This document shows, one piece after another, positions 18,755 through 28,130 of a stretch of DNA of 64,000 nucleotides (position 1 is the stretch's first letter; every line of letters starts with the position of its first letter). The DNA lies in assembly GCA_020629375.1 (NCBI GenBank), contig JAHDDK010000005.1:23910-87909 (forward strand), read 5' to 3'. Below the pieces are notes generated by a model. That model did not search any database. It had not been told where the DNA came from and worked only from the letters and a program-made list of their open reading frames with translations. Source of the DNA: Acidimicrobiales bacterium (GTDB taxonomy: Bacteria > Actinomycetota > Acidimicrobiia > Acidimicrobiales > SHLQ01). Both the position numbers and the translations under genes were made by a program.

Positions 18755-20470
18755 ATGACCCCCACCCCTCCCCCGTCGCGCCTCCGATCAGCGTTCGAGA
18801 TCGGCGGACCCGTGTTCAACCTCGGGCTCGTCGCGATCCTCATGACGATCTCGTTCGTGGCCGTCTGGCTCCCGAACGCCGAAGACGACTCGACGAACGT
18901 GGCGGGCAGTCCCCCGTTGAGCCTCGCGTTCGCGACGTCGAGTCCGACGCCTCCGGATGTGGTGTCGGGAATCAGCGTTCCGACGACAGCGGTGCCTGCA
19001 GCGCCCGTCGACGACCAGAACGACATCAACGACCTCGACGACACGTCAGCCATCGGCGAGATGATCTCCGAACTCGTCGACGCTGCGAACGACCCAGAGC
19101 GCCCGACGGTTCCGCCCGCAGTCGCTTCGGAGCCACCTCCACAACCCCAGGTGCGTGAGGTGGTCCAGGTGATCTACCGGACCGAACCCGCGCCCGAGAC
19201 TCCCGCTCGCCCAGAGTGCACCGACTACGACACCCGCGCCGCCGCGCAAGCGGCGTTCGATGCCGACCCCGCCGGTTTGGCGTGGTTCGACGGTGACGGT
19301 GACGGCAAGGCCTGCGAGCACATCCCGGACCCCGATGCTCAGGTCGTTGTCGTGTGCGAGGACTTCGCCGAGCAACCCGCTGCCCAGGCCGTATTCGACG
19401 CCGACCGCGAAACCCACGCGCATCTTGACGGCGACGGGGACGGGCGTGCGTGCGAACAGCTTCCCGGCACGCCACCGGAGCCCGTGTTCGAACCCGAGCC
19501 TCCGCAGGTCCTCTCGGTCAACGCGGTCCGCCAGCAGCAGAGCGTGTTTGGGATGCATACCCGAGAGGCGCCCTGGTGGATGGGCGAGCTCGACTACGTC
19601 ACCCGCCTCATCGGCAAGGCCCCGAACAACCTGCTGTTCTTCTCCAATTGGTCCGCGCCCTTTCCCGCCGAACAGGTCGAGACGGCGTGGTCACGCGGCA
19701 TGACACCCCAGGTGGCTTGGGAACCCGTGATCCCTGGCGCCGACACTCAGCCGCAGCTGCGAGCGATCGTCGACGGCGACTTCGACCCGTACATCGACGA
19801 CTGGGCGGCGGCCGCCGCGGCACATGGCCAGCCGATCGTGTTGCGCTTCGCGTCGGAGATGAACGGCTTCTGGTATCCGTGGTCCGAAGGCGTCAACGGA
19901 AATCAGACCGGCGACTTCGCCCAGGCATGGCGACACATCCACGACCGGTTCACGCTCGCCGGAGCAGACAACGTGGTCTGGCTCTGGAGCGTGAACCGGT
20001 CGAATCACCTGAAGACCAGCATCGACAACTTCTGGCCCGGCGAGAGCTACGTCGACTGGGTCGGAATCTCCGGGTATTGGCGGGGGTATGAGAACGCCCC
20101 CGAGCCCACGTTCGACGCCGTCTTCACCCACACGCTGAACGATTTGCGTGCGCTCACCAACAAGCCGATCCTGCTCGCCGAGATTGGAGCGGGCACCAAC
20201 GTCGACGCCGATCGGGTGAAATGGGTCGAGACGGTATTCGACGGCCTTGCCTCGAGTCCCGATGTCATCGGGTTCGTGTACTTCAACGACAAGAAGTCGG
20301 GCGGCGATTGGCGGATCCAATTCAGCCAGCGAATGGTCGACGCCTTCGCAAACGGCGTCGCTGACGACCGTTGGACGAGCGGACTGCTCCCCGCCGGCAT
20401 GGAGCCCGGCGACCGCCTACTGGTCCCTGCCCACACCCACGACGAAGGCGATCTCGCCCCAGAGGGGTGA
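18755..20470 (+). CDS. Membrane-anchored GH26 glycoside hydrolase with two Excalibur Ca-binding domains
   Basis: N-terminal TM; FDGDGDGKACE and LDGDGDGRACE; LRFASEMNGFWYPW, WPGESYVDWVGISGY, KPILLAEIG. Confidence 0.85.
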   Translation: MTPTPPPSRLRSAFEIGGPVFNLGLVAILMTISFVAVWLPNAEDDSTNVAGSPPLSLAFATSSPTPPDVVSGISVPTTAVPAAPVDDQNDINDLDDTSAIGEMISELVDAANDPERPTVPPAVASEPPPQPQVREVVQVIYRTEPAPETPARPECTDYDTRAAAQAAFDADPAGLAWFDGDGDGKACEHIPDPDAQVVVVCEDFAEQPAAQAVFDADRETHAHLDGDGDGRACEQLPGTPPEPVFEPEPPQVLSVNAVRQQQSVFGMHTREAPWWMGELDYVTRLIGKAPNNLLFFSNWSAPFPAEQVETAWSRGMTPQVAWEPVIPGADTQPQLRAIVDGDFDPYIDDWAAAAAAHGQPIVLRFASEMNGFWYPWSEGVNGNQTGDFAQAWRHIHDRFTLAGADNVVWLWSVNRSNHLKTSIDNFWPGESYVDWVGISGYWRGYENAPEPTFDAVFTHTLNDLRALTNKPILLAEIGAGTNVDADRVKWVETVFDGLASSPDVIGFVYFNDKKSGGDWRIQFSQRMVDAFANGVADDRWTSGLLPAGMEPGDRLLVPAHTHDEGDLAPEG

Positions 20471-20526
20471 GGCGACCGCTAGGGCGATCCCGAGAAATGA
20501 TCAAAGTGCGACAGTGTTCCGCACAC

Positions 20527-20577
20527 GTTTACATCTGCAGATGCAAACCTTTACATTGAGAATGTAAGCGTTTACAT
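20527..20577. promoter_or_regulatory. Tandem palindromic operators upstream of TetR-like gene
   Basis: GTTTACATCTGCAGATGCAAAC (20527-20548, 1 mismatch), TTACATT-gag-AATGTAA (20551-20567); TTTACAT at 20528, 20550, 20571. Confidence 0.6.
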
Positions 20578-20580
20578 GGA

Positions 20581-21684
20581 GTGGGGGCCGTGTTCGAGAC
20601 AAACCACCGGAACAACGACACACCGCAACCGGTCATCGCAAATACCGACACGTCTTCAGCAGACAGCGTCGACGGATTCTCCCCCACAGGATCGTTCCGT
20701 CGGCTGACGATTGTTCATGGTCATCGTTCGATCCGGATGGAAGACATCGCCGAAGAAGGCGCTGCAAGCATCTCCACGATGTACCGGCGCGGCGGCTCAC
20801 GCCACGAAATCGAAGCCGCCACACGCCGGACGCTCGTCAACGAGCTGACCAGCACGACCCTGACCGAAGCCCTCGTCGAGGTGTCACGAGTTTGGGGCTC
20901 AGAACCGAACCTTGCTCGACTCCTGTGCGATCCGCTCATCAACGGGCCCGGTCCGTTTGACCGCGATCTCGGTACGCCACACCCAGACAAAACGTTCCTC
21001 GATCGAGCGTTGCAGTGCTTCTTCTTCGGAACTGACTGGGCGACTGTGCTCCCCGCCTCTGAGGTCGGAAACGAAGCCAAAGCCGTCGCACAAGCGTCCA
21101 CCGAAATCATCGCAGCCAAAGATCCGGAGGGTCGCCCTGCGGTCATGACCGCTGCGCCGACCGTCGTCGACGATCCGGCGACAGGCGCATACCTCGACCT
21201 CACCGCCGAGCACAGACAACCCCCGACCGGAGTGGTGGATGTCGCCGACCGACTCGGGATGGCCCGCGCCACCGCATACCGCCGAATGGATCACGACGAT
21301 CTGCGCAAGCGAAGCGCCGATGCGGTGGCACAAAGTCTTTCGGGCACAAGCCACCCCGACCCGACACGAGCCCTGACCGAGATGACGGATCGCCTCATTG
21401 CCGAGTGCATCCTTCGACCATGGAATGTCTCGTTGATGGCGGACGCATGGTTCGGGGCAAAGGAGCGTCCGGCTCTTCACAAGCGATCGAGCCCGATCCT
21501 GTTTGCGCTCGATCGTCAGCTCGGTGCCCTGCGAGCCGCTGGCGCGCTGTCACCGAACGCTGGTCGGCTCGAACCGCTCCTGGCTGCGCTCCTGGTGTTT
21601 CCGGTGAGCGGACTGGTTGCGAACCTCCAAGTCGACAACGGCATCCGGTGGACGACCGGTTGGCTCCGATTCGTTCTCGGCTAA
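20581..21684 (+). CDS. Transcriptional regulator with two TetR-like HTH motifs
   Basis: IRMEDIAEEGAASISTMYRR and GVVDVADRLGMARATAYRR. Confidence 0.6.
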   Translation: MGAVFETNHRNNDTPQPVIANTDTSSADSVDGFSPTGSFRRLTIVHGHRSIRMEDIAEEGAASISTMYRRGGSRHEIEAATRRTLVNELTSTTLTEALVEVSRVWGSEPNLARLLCDPLINGPGPFDRDLGTPHPDKTFLDRALQCFFFGTDWATVLPASEVGNEAKAVAQASTEIIAAKDPEGRPAVMTAAPTVVDDPATGAYLDLTAEHRQPPTGVVDVADRLGMARATAYRRMDHDDLRKRSADAVAQSLSGTSHPDPTRALTEMTDRLIAECILRPWNVSLMADAWFGAKERPALHKRSSPILFALDRQLGALRAAGALSPNAGRLEPLLAALLVFPVSGLVANLQVDNGIRWTTGWLRFVLG

Positions 21685-21699
21685 CGACGGAGGCGCCGT

Positions 21700-24060
21700 T
21701 CAGGCGGACAACTGAACCTCGGAGTCCCTGTCTCGCAACACCTTTACGGCAAGGTCAGTGCGCCTCGACACACCGTGTGCCTTGTACAGCTTGCCGAGCC
21801 GGTTTCGGACCGTGTTCGGGCTGAGGTGCAACTCCGTTGCGATCTCGACGTTGCTGAGCCCTTCGACGACTCCCTGGATGATCGCATCATCGAGATCACT
21901 GGTTTGTTCTCCGCGACGCCTCGGAATCGGCACGTTCTGACATTCGAGTTTCGCCCGAACCTGCTCGGCGAGTTCGTTCTCACCCTGGTCAAGCAAGTCC
22001 ACATAGGTGCTTCGGCATCGCTCGATGTCGTCGTTCCGGAGCATGAGGGTCACGTCACAGGTTCGATAGGCATGGAGGAGACCAGCACGACGGGCGACAT
22101 CACATGCGAGGACCGCGGAGTTGATGCGCTCTTCACATCGGGGCGCGTTGTCGAAGTTCTGCATGAGAAGCACGACCTTCGCCCACGGCCCGAGGTCGGT
22201 TGCCTCGAAGGTGGCGATCGTTCGAAACACCTCGTCAGCAGCATCAAGCTCGCCTGCGCCGAAGAGCCCTTCAGCGATGACCGCTGCTGCCGGGAGCGAA
22301 CGTGGCAGCTCGGCGGCGATGTCGTGCCACAGCTCACCGAGCCCAGCGACATCAGCCGTCGCCCGGAGTCGGAGGGCCGACGCGTAGTACACGAGTGGAG
22401 CGAGCTGCTGGTGAAAGTTGACTGGTTCAATTCCGCAGAAACTCACACCCAGGCGAGCGGACCGGATGGCGTCTGCGACATAGCGGAGGACGTCTGCAAC
22501 TCCGGTTGGATCGGGTTCGTGGTCGACAACAGCGGGAGACGACAGGTCGCCGCCAAGTACGGCGATGAGCTGATCTCCTGCGGAGGCCCATCGGGTCGTG
22601 AGAGCGGAGAACGTCGCCGACTGCCGCAGTGCTTCGGACAACACTGCGGCCTTCCCGATGTCACCTTGCACGGTCGCCTCGATCAATCCGGAGAGTGCCA
22701 ATACCCCCTCACGATCGCTGGGCGCTGGGGGACGCTGGCCCTCCAGCGTCAACGCCAGCTCGCGTAGACCCGGCGGTGTCTCGCTCTCCACCGGTGCTGG
22801 GTGCCGGTCGAGGCGGCGCAGCCCGGTGAGAGCCAGCACGACGTGTCCGAGGTCCGATTGGACATCGAGGTGCGGTGGTACCCGCAGGTTGGCGAGATTG
22901 ACGAGAGCGCACACGTCGTCGGACACGCCTGGCACTCGAGACATCAGCGTGTCGGCCAAGTCCGGCAACAAAGGGGCGACCTGATGGATTGCTTCGAGCA
23001 GAATCTCGTCATCGATCTGGCCGCCCAGACGGCTGAGGCGAGTTGCCGCGCTCTGGAGCATTGTCGTCTCACGCTGTTCAAGCGCTCGAGTGAGCTGCTC
23101 GCAGACCAGTCCGGTCATCAAGGAGCGCTCGTACTCGGATCCGCGGGCGATCACCACGCTGTGGAGGCTTGTGAGCCGGATCTGAATTCCGACGCGATCA
23201 CAGACGCGTACTTCGTTGAGCGTGCCTTGCTTCAGGTGCTTGCGGACGGCTTGGGTCCAGGAGCGTTCGGTGATGGCGAGCAGTTCACAGAGCGGCCCGA
23301 CATCGCTACTGAACACCGGTTGCAAGGTCGCAACTGCGTGAAGGATCGTTTCATCGAGCTCATCGGCATCGATGAAGTCAACGACAGCAGCTGTGAAAGC
23401 GGGATTGGCGAGCAGATCCTTGCCAGCATCGAATCCAGCGGTTACAAGTCTCGGGTTTCCGTTCGTCAGAGACATCAGCGTGCGAATGACGTCGTCCGCG
23501 AGCACGGGCGCTCGTCGAGCAGCCACTTCGATGACCTCATCGAGGGTGAAGTTCTCGAGGACGTGGGTCGACCGCGGACCAGAGAATCGGGCGAGAAGCT
23601 CGGCCAAAACACCCTTTTGTCGACTCGCTGACCGGGAGGCAACGACCATACGCGACGTGACGAGCGGCTTGTTTCGCAGAGTGGCGAGGAGGAAGTCCGT
23701 CGTCGCCTCGTCGAGAAGCTCGATGTCATCGATGATGATGACTCCGTCGGAGTCGAGTGATTCGAAGAGCGCCTGGAGCCCTGCGGACGTGACGGGCCAC
23801 AGTGCATTCGTTTCGCCACCGCGTCCGAAATGCAGATGGCCGTGACGGGCTGTCAGGCGAAGCACCGATAGCCCCAAGGCCTTCGCACGACCGAACGCCC
23901 AGTCGATGATCGCCGACTTGCCTCGGCCTCGCCGACCAGACACAAGCACGATCCCGCCCGAGTCGGAGACCATGCAGCGATCAATATCGGACAGGATCGG
24001 GGCACGACCGACGAGATTGACGGACCCACGTCCATCAACAGTTGCTGCCGTTGCTTCCAT
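21700..24060 (-). CDS. Large ATP-binding LuxR-family (LAL) regulator
   Basis: LVGR, Walker A SGRRGRGKS, Walker B IIIDDIELLD, C-terminal LuxR HTH EGLSNVEIATELHLSPNTVRNRLGKLYKAHGVSRRTDL; alternative start 24147. Confidence 0.88.
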   Translation of the reverse strand: MEATAATVDGRGSVNLVGRAPILSDIDRCMVSDSGGIVLVSGRRGRGKSAIIDWAFGRAKALGLSVLRLTARHGHLHFGRGGETNALWPVTSAGLQALFESLDSDGVIIIDDIELLDEATTDFLLATLRNKPLVTSRMVVASRSASRQKGVLAELLARFSGPRSTHVLENFTLDEVIEVAARRAPVLADDVIRTLMSLTNGNPRLVTAGFDAGKDLLANPAFTAAVVDFIDADELDETILHAVATLQPVFSSDVGPLCELLAITERSWTQAVRKHLKQGTLNEVRVCDRVGIQIRLTSLHSVVIARGSEYERSLMTGLVCEQLTRALEQRETTMLQSAATRLSRLGGQIDDEILLEAIHQVAPLLPDLADTLMSRVPGVSDDVCALVNLANLRVPPHLDVQSDLGHVVLALTGLRRLDRHPAPVESETPPGLRELALTLEGQRPPAPSDREGVLALSGLIEATVQGDIGKAAVLSEALRQSATFSALTTRWASAGDQLIAVLGGDLSSPAVVDHEPDPTGVADVLRYVADAIRSARLGVSFCGIEPVNFHQQLAPLVYYASALRLRATADVAGLGELWHDIAAELPRSLPAAAVIAEGLFGAGELDAADEVFRTIATFEATDLGPWAKVVLLMQNFDNAPRCEERINSAVLACDVARRAGLLHAYRTCDVTLMLRNDDIERCRSTYVDLLDQGENELAEQVRAKLECQNVPIPRRRGEQTSDLDDAIIQGVVEGLSNVEIATELHLSPNTVRNRLGKLYKAHGVSRRTDLAVKVLRDRDSEVQLSA

Positions 24061-24333
24061 TCTGCGACCCTCCAAATCAAACCTGCGCCGTGTTTCACAC
24101 TTGTAACAGCTGTGACGGTGGACACCCAAAGAGGAATGACCGACCACTCTCAGAGACCTGACTCTACTTTCCGTGATACCTCGGTGCTAGAGTCTCACTC
24201 TTCGCGCGATAAGAAAGGGCCACTCAGCCCATGTCGAACGGACCGACTTCTCCCGATCTCTGGTGAGGGATCGAATGGCCCAAAACGGATCAAACTCCGA
24301 CAGGCCGTTCTCACAACCACTCGGCGCTGGTCG

Positions 24334-24819
24334 TCAAAGAACGGCCAGCGACACCCAGATACTGGCCATGCACGACGGCGGAACGATCAGGGAGGGGCCG
24401 AAGGGAAATCGTCTCGACGTCGAACCGCGCACGCGAGCGACACCGGCCTGGATCACGAAGAGTAGGCAGGAGAAGAGCAACGCCCACAAGACCGCCCAGA
24501 TCGACGTTGCGACACTCGGCTGGGTCAAGCCGACGAGCGTTCCGAGTGTCGGGGCGAGCTTGACATCGCCAAACCCGAGATTGCCTGGCGACATCACGTG
24601 AGCGGCTGCGAGGACGCCGGTGAAGGTCGCTGCGCCGACGAGACCAGCGACGGCCATGTCCACATCCCCTCGCAGAAGCAGGGCAAGAAGCACTAGGCCA
24701 GAAACGAACGCAAGGCTGCGAGTCCACCGGTTGGGCAGACGCATCGTACGCGCATCGATGATGCCGACAGCCACGAGGCCGGCGACGAGAACGATCACCC
24801 CCGCAGCCGGGATGATCAC
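24334..24819 (-). CDS. Prepilin peptidase (A24, TadV/CpaA-like)
   Basis: IIDARTMRLPN, LGFGDVKLA, FPFGP; GTGA overlap with upstream gene. Confidence 0.88.
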   Translation of the reverse strand: MIIPAAGVIVLVAGLVAVGIIDARTMRLPNRWTRSLAFVSGLVLLALLLRGDVDMAVAGLVGAATFTGVLAAAHVMSPGNLGFGDVKLAPTLGTLVGLTQPSVATSIWAVLWALLFSCLLFVIQAGVARVRGSTSRRFPFGPSLIVPPSCMASIWVSLAVL

Positions 24820-25118
24820 GAGAAGATGGACAAAACGATCGGGTGAGCGATCAGGCCGACGGTGCCCACGCACGCGGTCAGCAGTGCCACTCGACTCGTC
24901 GTGGAGATTCGTGACGAAATCGGGAGCAGCTCGGGCTCAGGGATCTCCACCTCTTCAATCGGCTTGATGATGCGATATCCGGGGTGATCCTGGCGACGCA
25001 TCGGAGTGCCCTCGCCTGCCCCGACCTCGGCAGTTGGCCGGCTGGTTGGCTGCGCCGCCTCGGTCGTTCGTGGCACCGAAGGGGTCCATGTCACGACAGG
25101 GCGTTCTGAAACGGTCAT
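24816..25118 (-). CDS. Small hypothetical protein with C-terminal TM helix
   Basis: 100 aa; 4-nt start/stop overlaps with both neighbours; VALLTACVGTVGLIAHPIVLSIF. Confidence 0.6.
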   Translation of the reverse strand: MTVSERPVVTWTPSVPRTTEAAQPTSRPTAEVGAGEGTPMRRQDHPGYRIIKPIEEVEIPEPELLPISSRISTTSRVALLTACVGTVGLIAHPIVLSIFS

Positions 25119-25579
25119 GTCATTTGCTCCTTGGGACGAGAGTGACGGAGGTAGTCGACAACCCGCTCAAGCGACCGAAGCGAGTCGTCATCAAGCACGA
25201 TCGACATTCCAGGCGGCGGAAACGCATTGTCGGGTTCGACCCCGGTCGCACGGGCATCGACCGCTGCCAAGAAACTCATCAGATGCAAAAAGTCAGTTCC
25301 GTTGAGGCGAAGCGATGACTGGTCGGCTTCGACATACGCCGGTGGCGCTGGAACAGATGGTGCGGGTTCGGAGCCTGGAACGGTCATCTCCGAGACCACC
25401 CCAGTCTCGTCTTCGTGCGACGGCAAGGTTGGCGGCGCAGGCTGTTGCGCAACAATCCCTTGTAACGCCAGCTGAAGGACATGCGCGACCCGTCGAAGGT
25501 ACTCATCGACCTCTTGTCGGTCGTATCCTCGGCGGCTCGCTTGAAACGTCTTGTCTCGAATTGAATCAGGAGTGATCAT
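25115..25579 (-). CDS. DivIVA-domain protein
   Basis: MITPDSIRDKTFQASRRGYDRQEVDEYL is the DivIVA N-terminal signature. Confidence 0.85.
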   Translation of the reverse strand: MITPDSIRDKTFQASRRGYDRQEVDEYLRRVAHVLQLALQGIVAQQPAPPTLPSHEDETGVVSEMTVPGSEPAPSVPAPPAYVEADQSSLRLNGTDFLHLMSFLAAVDARATGVEPDNAFPPPGMSIVLDDDSLRSLERVVDYLRHSRPKEQMT

Positions 25580-25590
25580 CGCTGTCTCAA

Positions 25591-26025
25591 CTACTCCTGG
25601 AGCCGTGGGGAGGCCACGGCCTCTGCGGTCAAGTCGAAGGCATCGAATCCAAACAGCGTGACGGTCGTCTCGAGCGTCACCGAGATCTCATCGCCCACAA
25701 CGCTGATGTCCTCGAGAAACACGCCGTCACCTTCAGATTCGTTGAGCCGCAGGTTGTCTAACGCCCATGAGGTCGCCTGCCCCTGGTCGAGCACGAGAGT
25801 TCGGTCGGCGTTGAATTGGTCCAGGTCGATGGCGTTCGCTCCTGCTCGTGCGGCGGCGTCCGCCACCTCATGGATGCGGTGATACTCGGCCTGAATGACC
25901 CACATGTTCACCGCCAACATTCCGAGCGGGACAATCATCAACAACAGGAAGAGTGTCAGCAGTCCAACTGCGCCTCGATCATCAGCGGGGTCAAACGACC
26001 GTGGACGATTCTCTGCCGAACTCAT
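25591..26025 (-). CDS. TadG/TadE-like pseudopilin (Tad domain)
   Basis: DDRGAVG + hydrophobic helix; ADAAARAGA motif. Confidence 0.8.
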   Translation of the reverse strand: MSSAENRPRSFDPADDRGAVGLLTLFLLLMIVPLGMLAVNMWVIQAEYHRIHEVADAAARAGANAIDLDQFNADRTLVLDQGQATSWALDNLRLNESEGDGVFLEDISVVGDEISVTLETTVTLFGFDAFDLTAEAVASPRLQE

Positions 26026-26516
26026 GGGGGATCCTCATCGGTGTCGACCGGGACCGTTCGCACGGCGGGCGTGGCCACACCTCCGTAGTCGGGAATTCGT
26101 TCGTGATAGGTCGCCGTGTAGCTCCGGTTGACGACGGGAAATCCGGGCAGCTCGATGATGGGGAGATCGACCGTCACCCGGACGGTGAAGGGTTCTCCAG
26201 CTGCGGCCTCCGCCCCCTCCGTTTCGACAGTCGAGGTGACCTTGTTGGATCGGCTGTAGCCATCGATTACCCGCTCTGCTTGCTCACGCGCCGCCTCATC
26301 GAGATCGCCGTCTCCTCGGGCAATCGCGTAGCGCGCTGCCTCAGAAGCGGCATTCTCCGCGGCAGCGATTCCCTCGAGCAGCCGGGGCACCTGAAGAAGA
26401 AACCCGATCAGGGGAAGGACAACGATGATCCAGGTGACCATTTCGAGCGTCACAAATCCGCGGTCGTTCTCGGCCGGGCCTCCATCGCAGCTCGGGTTTC
26501 GCCGATGCCGCCTCAC
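26022..26516 (-). CDS. TadE-like pseudopilin
   Basis: NDRGFVTLEMV + TM; AASEAARYA; GTG start overlaps upstream stop, AGGAGG RBS. Confidence 0.8.
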   Translation of the reverse strand: MRRHRRNPSCDGGPAENDRGFVTLEMVTWIIVVLPLIGFLLQVPRLLEGIAAAENAASEAARYAIARGDGDLDEAAREQAERVIDGYSRSNKVTSTVETEGAEAAAGEPFTVRVTVDLPIIELPGFPVVNRSYTATYHERIPDYGGVATPAVRTVPVDTDEDPP

Positions 26517-26956
26517 AGGTCCTCCTTTGTGGCATACACCGTGGTGTCGATTGTCCATTCGAAGAAGCCCCCGTCGAACGGAAGCGCTGAAGCGAGAGAA
26601 CCACTCGCTCGCGCAATCATCAGACCCGATTCCTCATCGAGTTCGCACCGAATCGCAATGGTGGGTCGGTCGCGTTGATCAGGCACCAGGTCATGGAGCC
26701 GAGAGACCGCTGCGGCCTCGCAGTCCCGATCGTCGTTCTCCTCGGCAGCGCCGTGGCGAGCGCCATGGTCAAGGGCATTGCGTAGTGCACCGCTCGTGAA
26801 TTGCATCAAGATGACGTTGACGAGCAACAAGAACGCAAGCAGGACGAAGAAGCCGACCGACACGAACTCCAGTGTCAGGAAGCCTTCGTCGCTGCGCCAC
26901 CGGCGCCGGCTGCGCCAATTGTCTGCAGCCGACGCCGTAGCGAGCCCGCGGTCCAT
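26513..26956 (-). CDS. TadE-like pseudopilin
   Basis: SDEGFLTLEFV + TM; ALDHGARHGA. Confidence 0.8.
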   Translation of the reverse strand: MDRGLATASAADNWRSRRRWRSDEGFLTLEFVSVGFFVLLAFLLLVNVILMQFTSGALRNALDHGARHGAAEENDDRDCEAAAVSRLHDLVPDQRDRPTIAIRCELDEESGLMIARASGSLASALPFDGGFFEWTIDTTVYATKEDL

Positions 26957-26959
26957 CGA

Positions 26960-27130
26960 TCAGGGCAGGTACTGCGTGATCGCGGTCAGGGCGTTGGCAA
27001 TCGAACCGGTCAGTGCGACCGACACGGCGCCGACCAAGCCGATGAGCACGACCGCAAGGCTGGCCCACTCGATGGTGGTGAAGCCTGCGTCACGCTCTTC
27101 GACGGCGCATTCGATGATTTCGTTTTCCAT
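26960..27130 (-). CDS. flp: Flp-type major pilin (56 aa, absent from ORF track)
   Basis: MENEIIECAVEERDAG/FTTIEWASLAVVLIGLVGAVSVALTGSIANALTAITQYLP; GGAGG RBS upstream. Confidence 0.82.
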   Translation of the reverse strand: MENEIIECAVEERDAGFTTIEWASLAVVLIGLVGAVSVALTGSIANALTAITQYLP

Positions 27131-27215
27131 TGGATTTCCTCCGTTGCATTGGGCTTGCGGGCCCGGGTTTGTGGTTGCGGTGTGTCAGTACGACCCATCC
27201 GATATTCGCTGCCAG

Positions 27216-28130
27216 CTATCCACCTCCGAACAAGATGAACGGCATTGGCAAAGCGACATAGAGCAGTAGGACCGGAACGAGGAAGATGATGCTGGGCAAC
27301 AGCAGCGCCGCCTTCCGCTTCTCGGCCGCCTGCTTCAGATACTCACGGCGCTCACGGCGCTGGTCGATCGCGAGGGCTCGGAGTTGCGAGGCGAGATCTC
27401 CGCCTGCGGACGCCGCGTTCGCGATCATCCGAAGGAGGCGTGCGAACGATGGCTCGTTCGTTTCTCTCGCAAGCGTTTCGAATGCGCGTCCCGTTGGGGT
27501 CCCTCGTTCGATCCACCCAAGAACCGTGCGGAGCTCGTCGGAGACAACGCCATGGTGACGTTGGCAGATGTGCCGGCAGGCAGCGACTGGCGGCAAGCCT
27601 GCCTCTGACACGCCGGCGATGACCTGCGCCGTGCTGTAGGTCTCGACCTTGATTCGTTCGGCGCGCTTCTCGGCTCGTTCAGCGAGCTTGCTCTTGTATT
27701 GCATGGCGCCCAGGAGGGCACCAAAGAATCCGACGATGACGAGGACGACGATCGACCGTACGCCCAAGAGACCGATCAACGCCGCCAAGATCACGCCACC
27801 GATCGCGGCCCAGCGTGCCTGATGCTCCCGGTAGTTGGCCGCCGAAGGCGACGGAGCTCCGGCACGGCGCATGCGTAAACGCAACTCGTCGTCGGGTGCC
27901 GGGTCGACGAGATCAAACAACGAACGTGCCCATCCGAAGATGACCGCCGAGCTGCCGCGCCTGTTCAGCTGCCCAACGACGCTGCCCGATGATGCAGCAC
28001 CGCTCCGAGCACGGGCAATGGCGAGCTCCGGGCCGAGACGGGATCGAAGCGGGGTCGGGGGACGAACAACACCGAAGACGACGGCACCGACCGAGACGCC
28101 GACGAGCACTGCAGCGAGGACGACGATCAC
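27216..28130 (-). CDS. tadC: TadC-like inner membrane platform protein (T2SS F family)
   Basis: TM pattern, AGLPPVAA, GGDLASQLRALA, C-terminal TM; directly downstream of tadB. Confidence 0.82.
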   Translation of the reverse strand: MIVVLAAVLVGVSVGAVVFGVVRPPTPLRSRLGPELAIARARSGAASSGSVVGQLNRRGSSAVIFGWARSLFDLVDPAPDDELRLRMRRAGAPSPSAANYREHQARWAAIGGVILAALIGLLGVRSIVVLVIVGFFGALLGAMQYKSKLAERAEKRAERIKVETYSTAQVIAGVSEAGLPPVAACRHICQRHHGVVSDELRTVLGWIERGTPTGRAFETLARETNEPSFARLLRMIANAASAGGDLASQLRALAIDQRRERREYLKQAAEKRKAALLLPSIIFLVPVLLLYVALPMPFILFGGG

